Positions 7,264 to 16,600 of a stretch of 40,014 nucleotides of DNA are shown here, piece by piece. Location of the stretch: positions 1 to 40,014 of IMG/VR virus record IMGVR_UViG_3300044949_000260. The stretch is one strand, 5' to 3'. The translations under genes and the position numbers were made by a program. Below the pieces are notes generated by a model. That model was not told the origin of the DNA. It ran no database searches and was given only the letters and a program-made list of their open reading frames with translations. Each line of letters opens with the position of its first letter. Positions within the stretch are counted from its first letter, which is position 1. Origin of the DNA: a virus (taxonomy: Duplodnaviria > Caudoviricetes).

Positions 7264-7722
7264 TTACGCAAGTTCGAAATGTGGGCCGTCAATGAACGGC
7301 CTTTTATTTTGCTTGCGGCGTTCATCGATGTAGTGGTTCATGGCCTCTTCCATTGTGCCGCGCCACATACGGATGTCAGGAATATTCCATGCGGCGCCCC
7401 AGCGAATAGCCACATTCTTTTCAATCGCGGCCTGCTTCATTGCGTCTGCAAGGTTGTCGTATAGGTTGAGTTCCCATGACACTTGGCCATTGATGTATGC
7501 CACCAAATCAACAGCATCGCCGGTCAAATGCTTTGACTCCATCGTCTGGCTTTTGCCAGTCTCAACATATTTGCGCTGAGTCTCGATGGTGCGCAGGCCT
7601 TCAGTGACACCAAAGTCAACCGTGCTGATTTCAATTGCTCGAGTGACCACATCAACCAATGGATCTTTGACGCCATCCAGTCGTTCAATGCTTCGCTGTG
7701 AAAGTTTGAATGTCATGGTCAC
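7264..7722 (-). CDS. Endolysin, peptidase M15 (L-Ala-D-Glu peptidase-like)
   Basis: FKLSQRS..RL.GV, EGLRT..Q, SKHLTGDAVD (H-x6-D) and DGPHFE motifs. Confidence 0.9.
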   Translation of the reverse strand: MTMTFKLSQRSIERLDGVKDPLVDVVTRAIEISTVDFGVTEGLRTIETQRKYVETGKSQTMESKHLTGDAVDLVAYINGQVSWELNLYDNLADAMKQAAIEKNVAIRWGAAWNIPDIRMWRGTMEEAMNHYIDERRKQNKRPFIDGPHFELA

Positions 7723-8132
7723 TCCTTGTTTGGTTGCTTAGATCGCATGTCCATGATCTTCTCAAGCGTGCGACCGCCGAAGTAGAACGACATGATCAGC
7801 ATGCCCCACTGGCCAAGCAACTCGACATACTTTTGATTTGTGTCGATGCCATACGCGGACATCATTGCAAAAGTCGTGTATGTGACCAGGATAAAAATCA
7901 GCGTCATGGGGCGAATGTTTTTAGACAGCCATGAGTCACTGCCCATGTCAGCCTGCGCACGCTTGGTGACTTCTTGCGCTTCGATGTTGTCAGCGTTGAG
8001 TTCAGCCAGGCGCCCCTCTTGTTGCATCTTCAAAAGTTCTTGCTGTGCTTTTGCTTTTGCTTCTGGGTCTGGAATAAATTTGTCGAGCACTTTCATGCCG
8101 ACATCAAACAATGTAGTCAATGGAAACATCAC
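7719..8132 (-). CDS. Holin of 3TMs (gene-transfer-release type)
   Basis: K.LDK.IPDP, DSWLSKNIRP and hydrophobic segments ending FYFGGRTLEK; adjacent to the endolysin. Confidence 0.8.
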   Translation of the reverse strand: MMFPLTTLFDVGMKVLDKFIPDPEAKAKAQQELLKMQQEGRLAELNADNIEAQEVTKRAQADMGSDSWLSKNIRPMTLIFILVTYTTFAMMSAYGIDTNQKYVELLGQWGMLIMSFYFGGRTLEKIMDMRSKQPNKE

Positions 8133-8533
8133 TCACCTCGTCGAGAAGTAAAAGACTCGTCGCCTTTGCGGACAACAACTTTGTCGCCTTCAACAGATAC
8201 AGACATCGGATCACGATCTGCCATTCTGTCTAAGCGTTCAATCAATTGCTTCATGACTTCGAACTCAGGTTTGTCTTGCTTTGGCGTAGCGCCAGCAATG
8301 CCGTTGAGCATCGAAATCAAAGCGGTCAAAGAAGCACCAAGCAAACCCATTACAGCGGCGATCTTGTTCTCTTCCAAGAACAGGCTCGACACTACACCGA
8401 TTACAACAATCAGCGTGATGTAAAAAAGGCCGTGTTTACCAATAGCCTTGCCTGCTACTTCTTTTGCAGGAGTCGCCGCTTCCATGCGTAACAACTCCAC
8501 CTTCAATTCATTGATTTCATTTTTTTCCATCAT
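8129..8533 (-). CDS. Two-TM membrane protein in the lysis cassette
   Basis: Two hydrophobic helices followed by a charged tail. Confidence 0.7.
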   Translation of the reverse strand: MMEKNEINELKVELLRMEAATPAKEVAGKAIGKHGLFYITLIVVIGVVSSLFLEENKIAAVMGLLGASLTALISMLNGIAGATPKQDKPEFEVMKQLIERLDRMADRDPMSVSVEGDKVVVRKGDESFTSRRGE

Positions 8534-8799
8534 TACTCCTTGTCTTCCTTGTGCTCAAGTTTTTTGAAGATCAATCCAAGCGTGTTGTCGATCTTGTTGA
8601 ACCCGTCTTTCATGTCTTGCTTTATCTCGCGCACGGCTTCTTTAAAGTCGTCTTTGCGCACATAGATTTCTGGTAGGTCGCGCTCAATTTGACGAATGTC
8701 GCCTTTGAGTTCTTTAATCGCGTCCCAGATAACTTTCAAGACCCAGCCCCCCAAAAATCCGCAGACACCTACGACCCAGTTAAACAGCGTCTGGTCCAT
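8533..8799 (-). CDS. Membrane-anchored coiled-coil protein (holin/antiholin-associated)
   Basis: N-terminal TM (FNWVVGVCGFLGGWVL) followed by LP..YV.KDDF coiled coil. Confidence 0.75.
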   Translation of the reverse strand: MDQTLFNWVVGVCGFLGGWVLKVIWDAIKELKGDIRQIERDLPEIYVRKDDFKEAVREIKQDMKDGFNKIDNTLGLIFKKLEHKEDKE

Positions 8800-8813
8800 T
8801 GCTTATCCTTTTT

Positions 8814-9212
8814 TTATGGCTGTCCGTCTGGAACTGCGTCCCAGGTTTGAGTTGATTCATTCCATGTGTAGCGGCCACCGTCGTTTGGATACGGCACAGG
8901 CGCTTGCCATAGGCAGGTTTGCTCATCGAGCAACCAGGATGCGTACGGCTTGGGCGGGATGAATGCGTCGCGCTGTGCGTCGTACGAATAGCCAATGCCT
9001 GCGTAGTTCTTGCGCAGTGCTTTGCTTTGATCAGCAGACGGTTCGTTGGTGTCCGGGTTGTAATGGACGCCGCCTCGCGTGTTGTATGAGGTCTGAATCC
9101 ATTGACCAGGACTTGAGTCGACGAAGGTGTCAAAGAACTCGGATTCGGCAACGATGACTTGCTCGACGATCCCATTGTTTACTTTTGCAAAATGTGCCAT
9201 GTGTTTCTCCAA
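8814..9212 (-). CDS. Tail-fibre-associated/assembly protein
   Basis: MAHFAKV..GIV.QVIVA, WIQTSYNT, RKNYAGIGY.YD..RDAFIPPKP motif, typically found after Gly-rich tail fibres; real start may be the ATG at 9200. Confidence 0.75.
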   Translation of the reverse strand: MEKHMAHFAKVNNGIVEQVIVAESEFFDTFVDSSPGQWIQTSYNTRGGVHYNPDTNEPSADQSKALRKNYAGIGYSYDAQRDAFIPPKPYASWLLDEQTCLWQAPVPYPNDGGRYTWNESTQTWDAVPDGQP

Positions 9213-10529
9213 TTAAAGTGCGTATCGAACAATTACGATGCCAGAGCCGCCATTTCCGCCATTTTTGGTGCCGCCTCCTGCAACAGCAGATTTGCCGCCG
9301 CCACCGCCACCGCCTGTATTTGATGTGCCGTTTGCCGCGTTTCGGATAGGAAAACCTCCGACAGAAGTATCTTGTCCACCATCACCGCCACCGCCGATTC
9401 CGCCCTCACCACCACCAGAGTTAGATGGTCCTCCAGAGCCACTAGTAATACCAGAACCGCCACCGCCACCGCCAGCATAGTAGCTAGAATTTAACCACTG
9501 CGATCCAGAACCACCGTTACCATTACCACCTGCGCCTTGGTTGTTAGATCCAGCCGAACCCTTTCCGCCACCACCAGAACCGTCGTATGGAAATGCGCCG
9601 GCCTTTTCACCAGCGGCATTTCCTTGCCCAGAAGTTCCTTGCGCTGGTGTGCCTGTACCACCTGGCGAACCACCACCACCAGCACCACCACCAGAACCAC
9701 CACTATTACCTAAAGTGTTTGCCGTATTACCAAATCCACCACCAATAGCGGTTAATCCGAATGCAGTTGTATTATTTCCATTACTACCAGCACCTTGACT
9801 AACACCTCCACCACCTGCGCCACCAATAACAATGGAATAGCTACCTACAGTAGCTGTAAATGATCCCGTTATCATTCCCCCGGCGCCGCCACCGCCACCG
9901 CCGTCGTTACCGTTATCCGATCCACCTCCACCACCACCGCCACCAGCAACAACAAGGTAGTCAGAAGTTGAACTAAACCCTGCTGGAACCACAAACGATG
10001 ACGATGATGTAAATGTGTGAATCCGATAGCCACCAGATACCGTGATCGTGCCGCCTGTTGGCAATGCTTGAACAGTTTTTGAAATTGTGTTTACGCTAAT
10101 TGTGCCTTCGTTGTTGATAACTTGAACATTGATTGTGTCACCAGCAGTTTGTCCATATACAGCGGCTGGTACAGCAACCGTTGCAGATGCACCAGAAACA
10201 GAAACACCAGCTACATCTGCAATTGTCGAGCCGCCCTCAAGAAAACGAATCGTGACGGTGTTTGTAAAATTTACTCCAGATACAACAAGGTTTGATTCGG
10301 CTCCTGCGTAAATTGTTCCAGTCACACCAGAAATAAATGGGCGCGTAACAGCATTCCAGTTAGTGCCGTCGTACACCTCGACAGAGCCAGTGTCGGTATT
10401 CAGTCGAGTCCAGCCAATCCCAGCGCCCGATGGTCGTTGTGCAGTAGTTCCAGCGGGCATATCAAAAGCGCCGGTGTATCCAGCACTTGTGTCCTGCCCC
10501 ATTCTTGCCATGTTTCGTGCTTTGCTCAT
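9213..10529 (-). CDS. Glycine-rich secondary tail fibre / receptor-binding protein
   Basis: GTTAQRP adaptor, Ig/IPT-like segment, YRIHTFTSS...YLVVAGGGGGG Gly-rich domain ending GSGIVIVRY. Confidence 0.85.
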   Translation of the reverse strand: MSKARNMARMGQDTSAGYTGAFDMPAGTTAQRPSGAGIGWTRLNTDTGSVEVYDGTNWNAVTRPFISGVTGTIYAGAESNLVVSGVNFTNTVTIRFLEGGSTIADVAGVSVSGASATVAVPAAVYGQTAGDTINVQVINNEGTISVNTISKTVQALPTGGTITVSGGYRIHTFTSSSSFVVPAGFSSTSDYLVVAGGGGGGGGSDNGNDGGGGGGAGGMITGSFTATVGSYSIVIGGAGGGGVSQGAGSNGNNTTAFGLTAIGGGFGNTANTLGNSGGSGGGAGGGGSPGGTGTPAQGTSGQGNAAGEKAGAFPYDGSGGGGKGSAGSNNQGAGGNGNGGSGSQWLNSSYYAGGGGGGSGITSGSGGPSNSGGGEGGIGGGGDGGQDTSVGGFPIRNAANGTSNTGGGGGGGKSAVAGGGTKNGGNGGSGIVIVRYAL

Positions 10530-10538
10530 ATCGATTCC

Positions 10539-13500
10539 TTATGCCGTGTAAGTGCCGGACGAAGTGAAGGTGTGGTAAGTAAAGCCTCCGGCAGAAGTCA
10601 CCGTTCCGCCAGTACCACGAGTACCACCAACATAGCGAATGATGACAATTCCAGAACCGCCGTTACCAGCGGTTCCTACACCGCCTGCTGTGTAACCAGA
10701 ACCACCACCGCCACCGCCTGTATTGGCTGTTCCGCCGGTGGCGTTTCCTGCGGCGGCTCCACCTGCGCCACCACCGCCCGCTCCACCAGTACCAGCGGGG
10801 AATGTGCCTCCAGTGCCTGTTGTTCCTCCGCCACCGCCGCCAGCATAAGAGCCAGATGCGCCAGTAGATGTAGCCGATGCCCAAGTGGAGTATGCACTTG
10901 TGCCTGCGCCCCCATTACCGCCTTGCGTTGAACTTCCGTTAGAGCCTGCCGCGCTTGCTCCACCACCACCGCCGCCACCTTCAGCGGGGCTAGAACCAGC
11001 GCCAGCGCCAGCGCCGCCAGCATTTCCTTGCCCAGAGGTTCCAGAACCTGCGGCAAAGTTGCCATCACCACCAACACCTTTGCCGCCGCCTCCAGAACCA
11101 CCAGAATTAGCCGCTCCTCCAGCATCTCGACCATTGCCACCACCTCCTCCAACAGATGATGTTTGTGTTCCAAATTGCGAATTTGATCCGTTTACACCTT
11201 TAGAACTTCCGGCAGTACCACCGGCACCTCCGGCGCCAACACTAATTAAATGAGATGCTCCAGATGTACATGTAAATGTAGACGAAAAAACACCGCCAGC
11301 GCCACCACCTCCACCGTGAAGATAACCTCCACCACCACCGCCAGCAATGCTTAAATATTCGACCAGGTATGTTGTATTAATTTGTTTCCACGACCCGGAA
11401 TCAAAAAATTCAATGACATCAAGATCTGTATTGTGTCGTGTATATCCATCTGCTGGAGATATTGGTCTTTGCGCAGTGGTTCCTGAAGGAAGCGCCAAAA
11501 AACCAGTGCTGGAATTTGCTTGGTCTGAAATTGCCGTTGGTGTGACAGCCACAGTTTTGAATGTGTTGTCGCCAGCTAAAAATGTAGAACTGCTACGAGT
11601 ACCAGTTGCGTTCAACTTGCTGATGTTGACAGTGTTGTCATCGAGGCCAGAGCCATTGAACGAAGCCACATTGAAAGTGCCAAACGCAACGATGTAAAGT
11701 TCATCGTTTAACGCCGCACCAGATCCAAGCACGATGCTTGTGCCGGTTGTTGCTGTGTAGTCTGTCGGGTCCAGGTGGACGCCGTTTAAGTACACATCAA
11801 TAAAGCCTGCGTCGTAGGTAAGCGTGTTGCCATTGCTGTCTGTGCCTGTAAAAGTTGTTTGGCCAGCAGTAGCAATGTAACGATAGCGTTGGCTTGTGCC
11901 GTTTACGCTTGAGCCAGCAGGCACCCAACCACCAGAGCCGTACACAAACATCGTGTCGCTGGTAGTGTTGAAGTACATGTCACCTTCCAGCAATGCGCCG
12001 CCGTTGTTGCGCAGTGTTGGCGCAGTGGCTTTGGCGCCCTGGTAGGTGTTGGCGTAATCGTTGATGTTGGAGACATTGTCTGCAACAGTCGGGATGTCTG
12101 AGGCCACACCGGCCACGGCAGTGACATCCGCGCTGATACCAGCAACAGTTGTTACATTGCCGGAGATACCAGCGACAGTTGTGACATTCGCGGCAACGCC
12201 TGCGACCGTAGTAACATTCGACGATATTCCTGCAACGGTCGTGACATTGGGCGCCACACCGGCAACAGTGTTTACATCACCAGCAATGCCTGCAACAGTT
12301 TGCACCGAGGCAATGTTCGAGCCTACGGTATTCACATTCGCAATGCTGTTGGCGACTGTGTCAATTTCACTGACCGGCTCGTTCAGATCATTGGCAACAG
12401 TCGTGATCGAGGCAATGTTTGTCGCGGCAGTATTGATGTTTGTTGAGTTCGTCGCAACAGCATTGATGTTGGTGCTATTGCCAGCCACTGCGTTGATGTT
12501 GGTCGAGTTGCCTGCAACCGAGTTCACATTTGCAATGTTAGTTGCGGTCGTGTTCACATTGGCGATGTTGGTCGCCACGGTCGTGATGTTTGCGTTGTTG
12601 CCAGCGGCAGTGTTCACGCTCGCAATGTTCAGGCCGACAGTGTTTACATTGGCAATGTTCGTGGCCACCGTATCGATCTCAGAGACAGGCTCATTGAGAT
12701 CAGATGCCACGGTATTGATGTTTGCAATGTTGGTCGCCGCAGTCACCACGCTAGCGCTGTTGGTTGCCACGGTCGACACATTGGCAGAAATGCCAGCGAC
12801 GGTCGTCACATTGGCGCTGATACCTGCGACCGTGTTGACATTGGAAATGTTTGTGCCGACGGTGTTTACATTTGTGATGTTGGTAGCAACAGTCTCAATC
12901 TCGGAAACTGGCTCATTCAAGTCGGCGGCAACAGTGTTGACCGATGCGATATTTGTAGCAGTCGTGTTTACGCTCGCCACATTGGTGGCCACAGTGTTCA
13001 CATTGCCGATCGATCCAGCAACAGTATTTACATTGGCAATGTTGTTGCCAGTGTTGTTGACATTGCCTACATTGTTGGCGACGGTGTCGATGTTGTCTGC
13101 ACTGTCAGCCAGGCGGACAATGTCGGCCACAAGTGACGCGGCGTCTGCGCTACTGGTAATTGGCAACAGGGCCGCACGATCTAGGCCTTCTTGCAACTGC
13201 TGGATCTGAATCGTTGCACGGTCCAGTGCGTCGGTGATCACTTCAGGGTAGAAGCCACCCTGGTTGGTCAGGTCAGTCGGCTGAAGGTTCTCGATGTCCG
13301 AGGTGATGACCAGGTTAAAGCCAGCGGCCAAAGCGCCAGCGACAAGCGTGATTGTTCCCCCTGGGTTCGAGTTTTGGTCCTCGTTGACCACGGCGGTGAA
13401 GTCGGTGTTGAGCACCAAGATCGTTTCGACATTGGTCGAGACGGTGAGTTTCACCACCTCCAGGTCGGAGGCCTGGAAGACTTTGAATGTAAAGGGGAAA

Positions 13501-13562
13501 GTCGCGGCTGTTCCGTTACCGATGAACGGACCGGCTTTCCGGCTATTTGAACTGATAGTCAT
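10539..13562 (-). CDS. Tail fibre protein (T7 gp17-like N-terminal anchor, 10-aa repeat shaft, Gly-rich tip)
   Basis: GNG...FPFTFKVF...DL.V anchor; LDRATIQIQQL; many NVNTVA repeats; Gly-rich C-terminal domain. Confidence 0.9.
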   Translation of the reverse strand: MTISSNSRKAGPFIGNGTAATFPFTFKVFQASDLEVVKLTVSTNVETILVLNTDFTAVVNEDQNSNPGGTITLVAGALAAGFNLVITSDIENLQPTDLTNQGGFYPEVITDALDRATIQIQQLQEGLDRAALLPITSSADAASLVADIVRLADSADNIDTVANNVGNVNNTGNNIANVNTVAGSIGNVNTVATNVASVNTTATNIASVNTVAADLNEPVSEIETVATNITNVNTVGTNISNVNTVAGISANVTTVAGISANVSTVATNSASVVTAATNIANINTVASDLNEPVSEIDTVATNIANVNTVGLNIASVNTAAGNNANITTVATNIANVNTTATNIANVNSVAGNSTNINAVAGNSTNINAVATNSTNINTAATNIASITTVANDLNEPVSEIDTVANSIANVNTVGSNIASVQTVAGIAGDVNTVAGVAPNVTTVAGISSNVTTVAGVAANVTTVAGISGNVTTVAGISADVTAVAGVASDIPTVADNVSNINDYANTYQGAKATAPTLRNNGGALLEGDMYFNTTSDTMFVYGSGGWVPAGSSVNGTSQRYRYIATAGQTTFTGTDSNGNTLTYDAGFIDVYLNGVHLDPTDYTATTGTSIVLGSGAALNDELYIVAFGTFNVASFNGSGLDDNTVNISKLNATGTRSSSTFLAGDNTFKTVAVTPTAISDQANSSTGFLALPSGTTAQRPISPADGYTRHNTDLDVIEFFDSGSWKQINTTYLVEYLSIAGGGGGGYLHGGGGGAGGVFSSTFTCTSGASHLISVGAGGAGGTAGSSKGVNGSNSQFGTQTSSVGGGGGNGRDAGGAANSGGSGGGGKGVGGDGNFAAGSGTSGQGNAGGAGAGAGSSPAEGGGGGGGASAAGSNGSSTQGGNGGAGTSAYSTWASATSTGASGSYAGGGGGGTTGTGGTFPAGTGGAGGGGAGGAAAGNATGGTANTGGGGGGSGYTAGGVGTAGNGGSGIVIIRYVGGTRGTGGTVTSAGGFTYHTFTSSGTYTA
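12060..13110 (-). repeat. 30-bp / 10-aa degenerate tandem repeats of the tail-fibre shaft
   Basis: Repeated (A/S)NV(N/T)TVA(G/T)(N/I) units with three DLNEPVSEI(E/D)TVA inserts. Confidence 0.85.
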
Positions 13563-13589
13563 GGACGGAACTCCTGGACAATTGTGAAG

Positions 13590-13622
13590 AGACTAAGCAT
13601 CTTGGTTGTGGATACGGGTACC
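13590..13622 (-). promoter_or_regulatory. Late promoter motif GGTACCCGTATCC-N14-TAGTCT
   Basis: Intergenic, upstream of the tail fibre gene; one of four copies. Confidence 0.75.
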
Positions 13623-16600
13623 TTACTGTCTCGACGATTCGCTCGCTTTGCCAGTGGCAAGGCCTCGAACATAGTCGACATCAGAGGTGGGTTTGATCTC
13701 GCCGCGCTCGACATCAATCGCATATCCGATCGGTCGGCCAAGTACGGTGACGGGAATGCCGGTGACCAGGCTGATCATGGTCAGAATGTCGCGCACATTC
13801 TTGCCAGTAACCTCTTTGTCTGAATCGGCGATGTTGATGCCAGCCTTGACCACGCCAATCGTCGCGCCCTCGAGCGTTGAGACGGATGGGCTGGTGGTCA
13901 TGCGGTCATCGTACGGCTTGTTGTTGAACGCATTGAATGGCACGGTGGCCGCAGTACCAAACGGCACCAGGGCTACAGCACCACGCGCTTGAGAACCAAA
14001 GAACCAGGACATGAAAACATCGAGGTAGCCGTCGTCGTCTTCGTCGTCCCAGCCGCCGCCAAGACTGCGCACGATGGCGTCAGCGACCAGCATTGGCAAA
14101 CCAAACCCAAGCAGGTATTGCATGAACAACTTGCCTTTGTTGCCGCGCCATCCGAGATCACGGAAGATCTTGATGTACTCAGTGGCATTCAAGTTTGCCA
14201 TCATGTTGAAGTAGCCAGAGAACTGGATCAGCGTCTTGTAGAACGGAGATCCAACCTCAAACGCTGACAAATCTTCAGGTTGTAGGCTTGACTGCGTCAT
14301 GCGCACTGCGGCGTCTGCACGCTTGATGGCCTCTTTGCTTGCGGCCTCTTCGCTGACATCGACGCCAGCCTCGGCCACAGCCTGGTTGTATGCGCCAACC
14401 CAGGTCACGATGTCGACAAAATTCTGGAAGGCTTGTTGCAAGAAGTAGCCGTGCTTGTTTGACCACTTCTGCACCTTTTCAAACTTGGTCGGGTTTAACA
14501 GCAAATCGTTCATCAAGTCTTGCACTTCGACCATCTGGTTGCTCATGCGGTCTGCCATGAACGGCGACAACTCAGCAACAAACTCGGCCTGCGCAGTTGG
14601 ACTCTTCATGTAGTCTACAAGGGCTGTCTTCAAGTATTTGCCTTGCACTTTGATCAGCGATGTAAAGAAGCCAGTCGCTTGTTGCAATGCGTTGGTGATA
14701 TTGCCAAACATGATGCCAATTCCGGTGCGATTGCGCACAGCACGCCAGAATGTATCGATGCTCTTGTTCATGCCAGCCTCGCTCGTGATCTGGCGGGCAG
14801 ATCGATTGAGCCAAGGAATCAGCATGTCCTCAATCACGGTCGGGTCAATGCGGGTAAGCGTGTCTGCAAAGTCGCGCTTGCGCAAAATCTTGAGCGTGTC
14901 TCGAATGGTCGGTTGCACGCGAGCAAATCGGATCACATCGTCAATGTGTTTGGCCATCACGCGAATGTCCAAAGACAGAGGTTTGTTGTACTCGACGCGG
15001 CCCATAGTAAATCCAGCGCCAGTGCTCGGCATGGCATTGCGGAAGTCAGCCTCGAGTTCTTCCATCTTGGCCTGGCGCTGTGCGTCGCGGACTATGAACG
15101 GATCAGTCTTCGCAGGAACATAGCCACCACGGTAAGTGCCGAACGGAGTGACAACAGATCGAGCCTCAACTTCTTTGAAGTAGTAGCCGAAAATTTCGCG
15201 ATGCGCCTCTTGCGCCATAGGCTTGATTTCTTCATTCAAATCCCACACGGCTTGCACGAAATCAAAGTCGGCTTTGGTGAGCACGCCTTCATCAATCATG
15301 CGGTTCATAAACATGTTCCAGCGCGAGGTGTCGACAGTGCCGTCCTCGTTAGCAGTTCCCCAACCTCTACCAACCAGCAACTTTTTCATGTTGCTGTCGT
15401 TGCCGATGTGCATCAAAGCGCCAAGCACTTCGGCCTTTCCGATGCCTCCGTTCTCGTTGCCGAAGGTGTAGTTCAACTCAGGGGCGCTGATCTTGGCCAC
15501 CGGAAGATCCAACTTCTGGATCATGTCGACATAGTCTTTGACATAGCGGTTACGGTCGACGCGGTATTGGTCTAACGCGGCACGAACAGGGCGCCAGATG
15601 TAGTTTGTGAATGCTCCAGGACCAGCGGCGCCATCAGTTGCGTCGGCCCAGTGCTCGACGCGTCGAGTCAGTGCCTTGGCGTTATAAAGGGCGCGAATGG
15701 CTTTTTCTTTTTTGCCAGGCGCCATGCGTTCACCGGCAACCTCGAGCGGCACGCCAATGGCCTCCAGGCGCGTCGTAAGTTCACCAATGATCGAGTCCAG
15801 AGCAACAGCCTTGCCTTCAATCATTACCTCGTTGTCACGCTTAGATTGGAACCACAGCGCGTCGACAATTTCCTTCATGTCGCGGAACTGGTTCAAAGTC
15901 AACTTTTTGTAGTTGCGCGGGCCACCAGTTGCCTCGAGCAGGATCGGTTCGATGTCTGCAAATAGATCTGGGTTGTAGGCCTTGAGTTGCTCGACGAACT
16001 TGCCAGGTTCAACATCACGCGGGCCAAGGCCATAGTGGCCAAGAATAAATCGTGCCGCATTCACCAAGTCGATGTTGCGGTTCTTGGCCATCTTTGCATC
16101 TGCCTTGAAGATCTTGGCAAAGCCTTCGATGGCTTTGTCGATCTCTTTGCGTGCATTGACAGCCTCGAGCGTAAGTTGGTTGTTGAGCAATTGGTTCTGC
16201 TTGGCGCGTGCGGCTTCTGTCGTTTTACCAGCCTTGGATGCCTTGATGCTTTCCTTGGATGCGCGGGCCTCTGCAAGTGCATAGTCGCGTGGTCGGATCT
16301 CGCTGATCACCTTGTTGCCGATAAGTGACTTGGCCGCAGTCTTTGCGGCCTGGATCATCAGGCGTGCAGGCTGTGTAGCCTTGGCCAGGTAGCGCAACTC
16401 GACGGCCACAAACCTAGCGCGTGCGTCGTTGTGCAATGCCTTTTGCACCTCGAGTTCAATGGCGGCAGGGTTCATCAGGTCTGCGTACTCATCGAGCATG
16501 CGTGCGTCGGTGCGGTTGTCGATCTCTTCTTTGATCGGCTTGGCCTCGAGCAGTGAGCGAACAAGTTGATCACCAGATGCAAAGCCAAACATAGATGCCA

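Noticed and set aside
12061-13209. 382-aa plus-strand ORF with repeats
   Set aside because: Antisense shadow of the repetitive tail-fibre gene; no RBS.
9213-13562. Diversity-generating retroelement as in BPP-1
   Set aside because: No reverse transcriptase or Avd gene was recognised, and no TR/VR near-identical nucleotide pair differing at adenines was seen.
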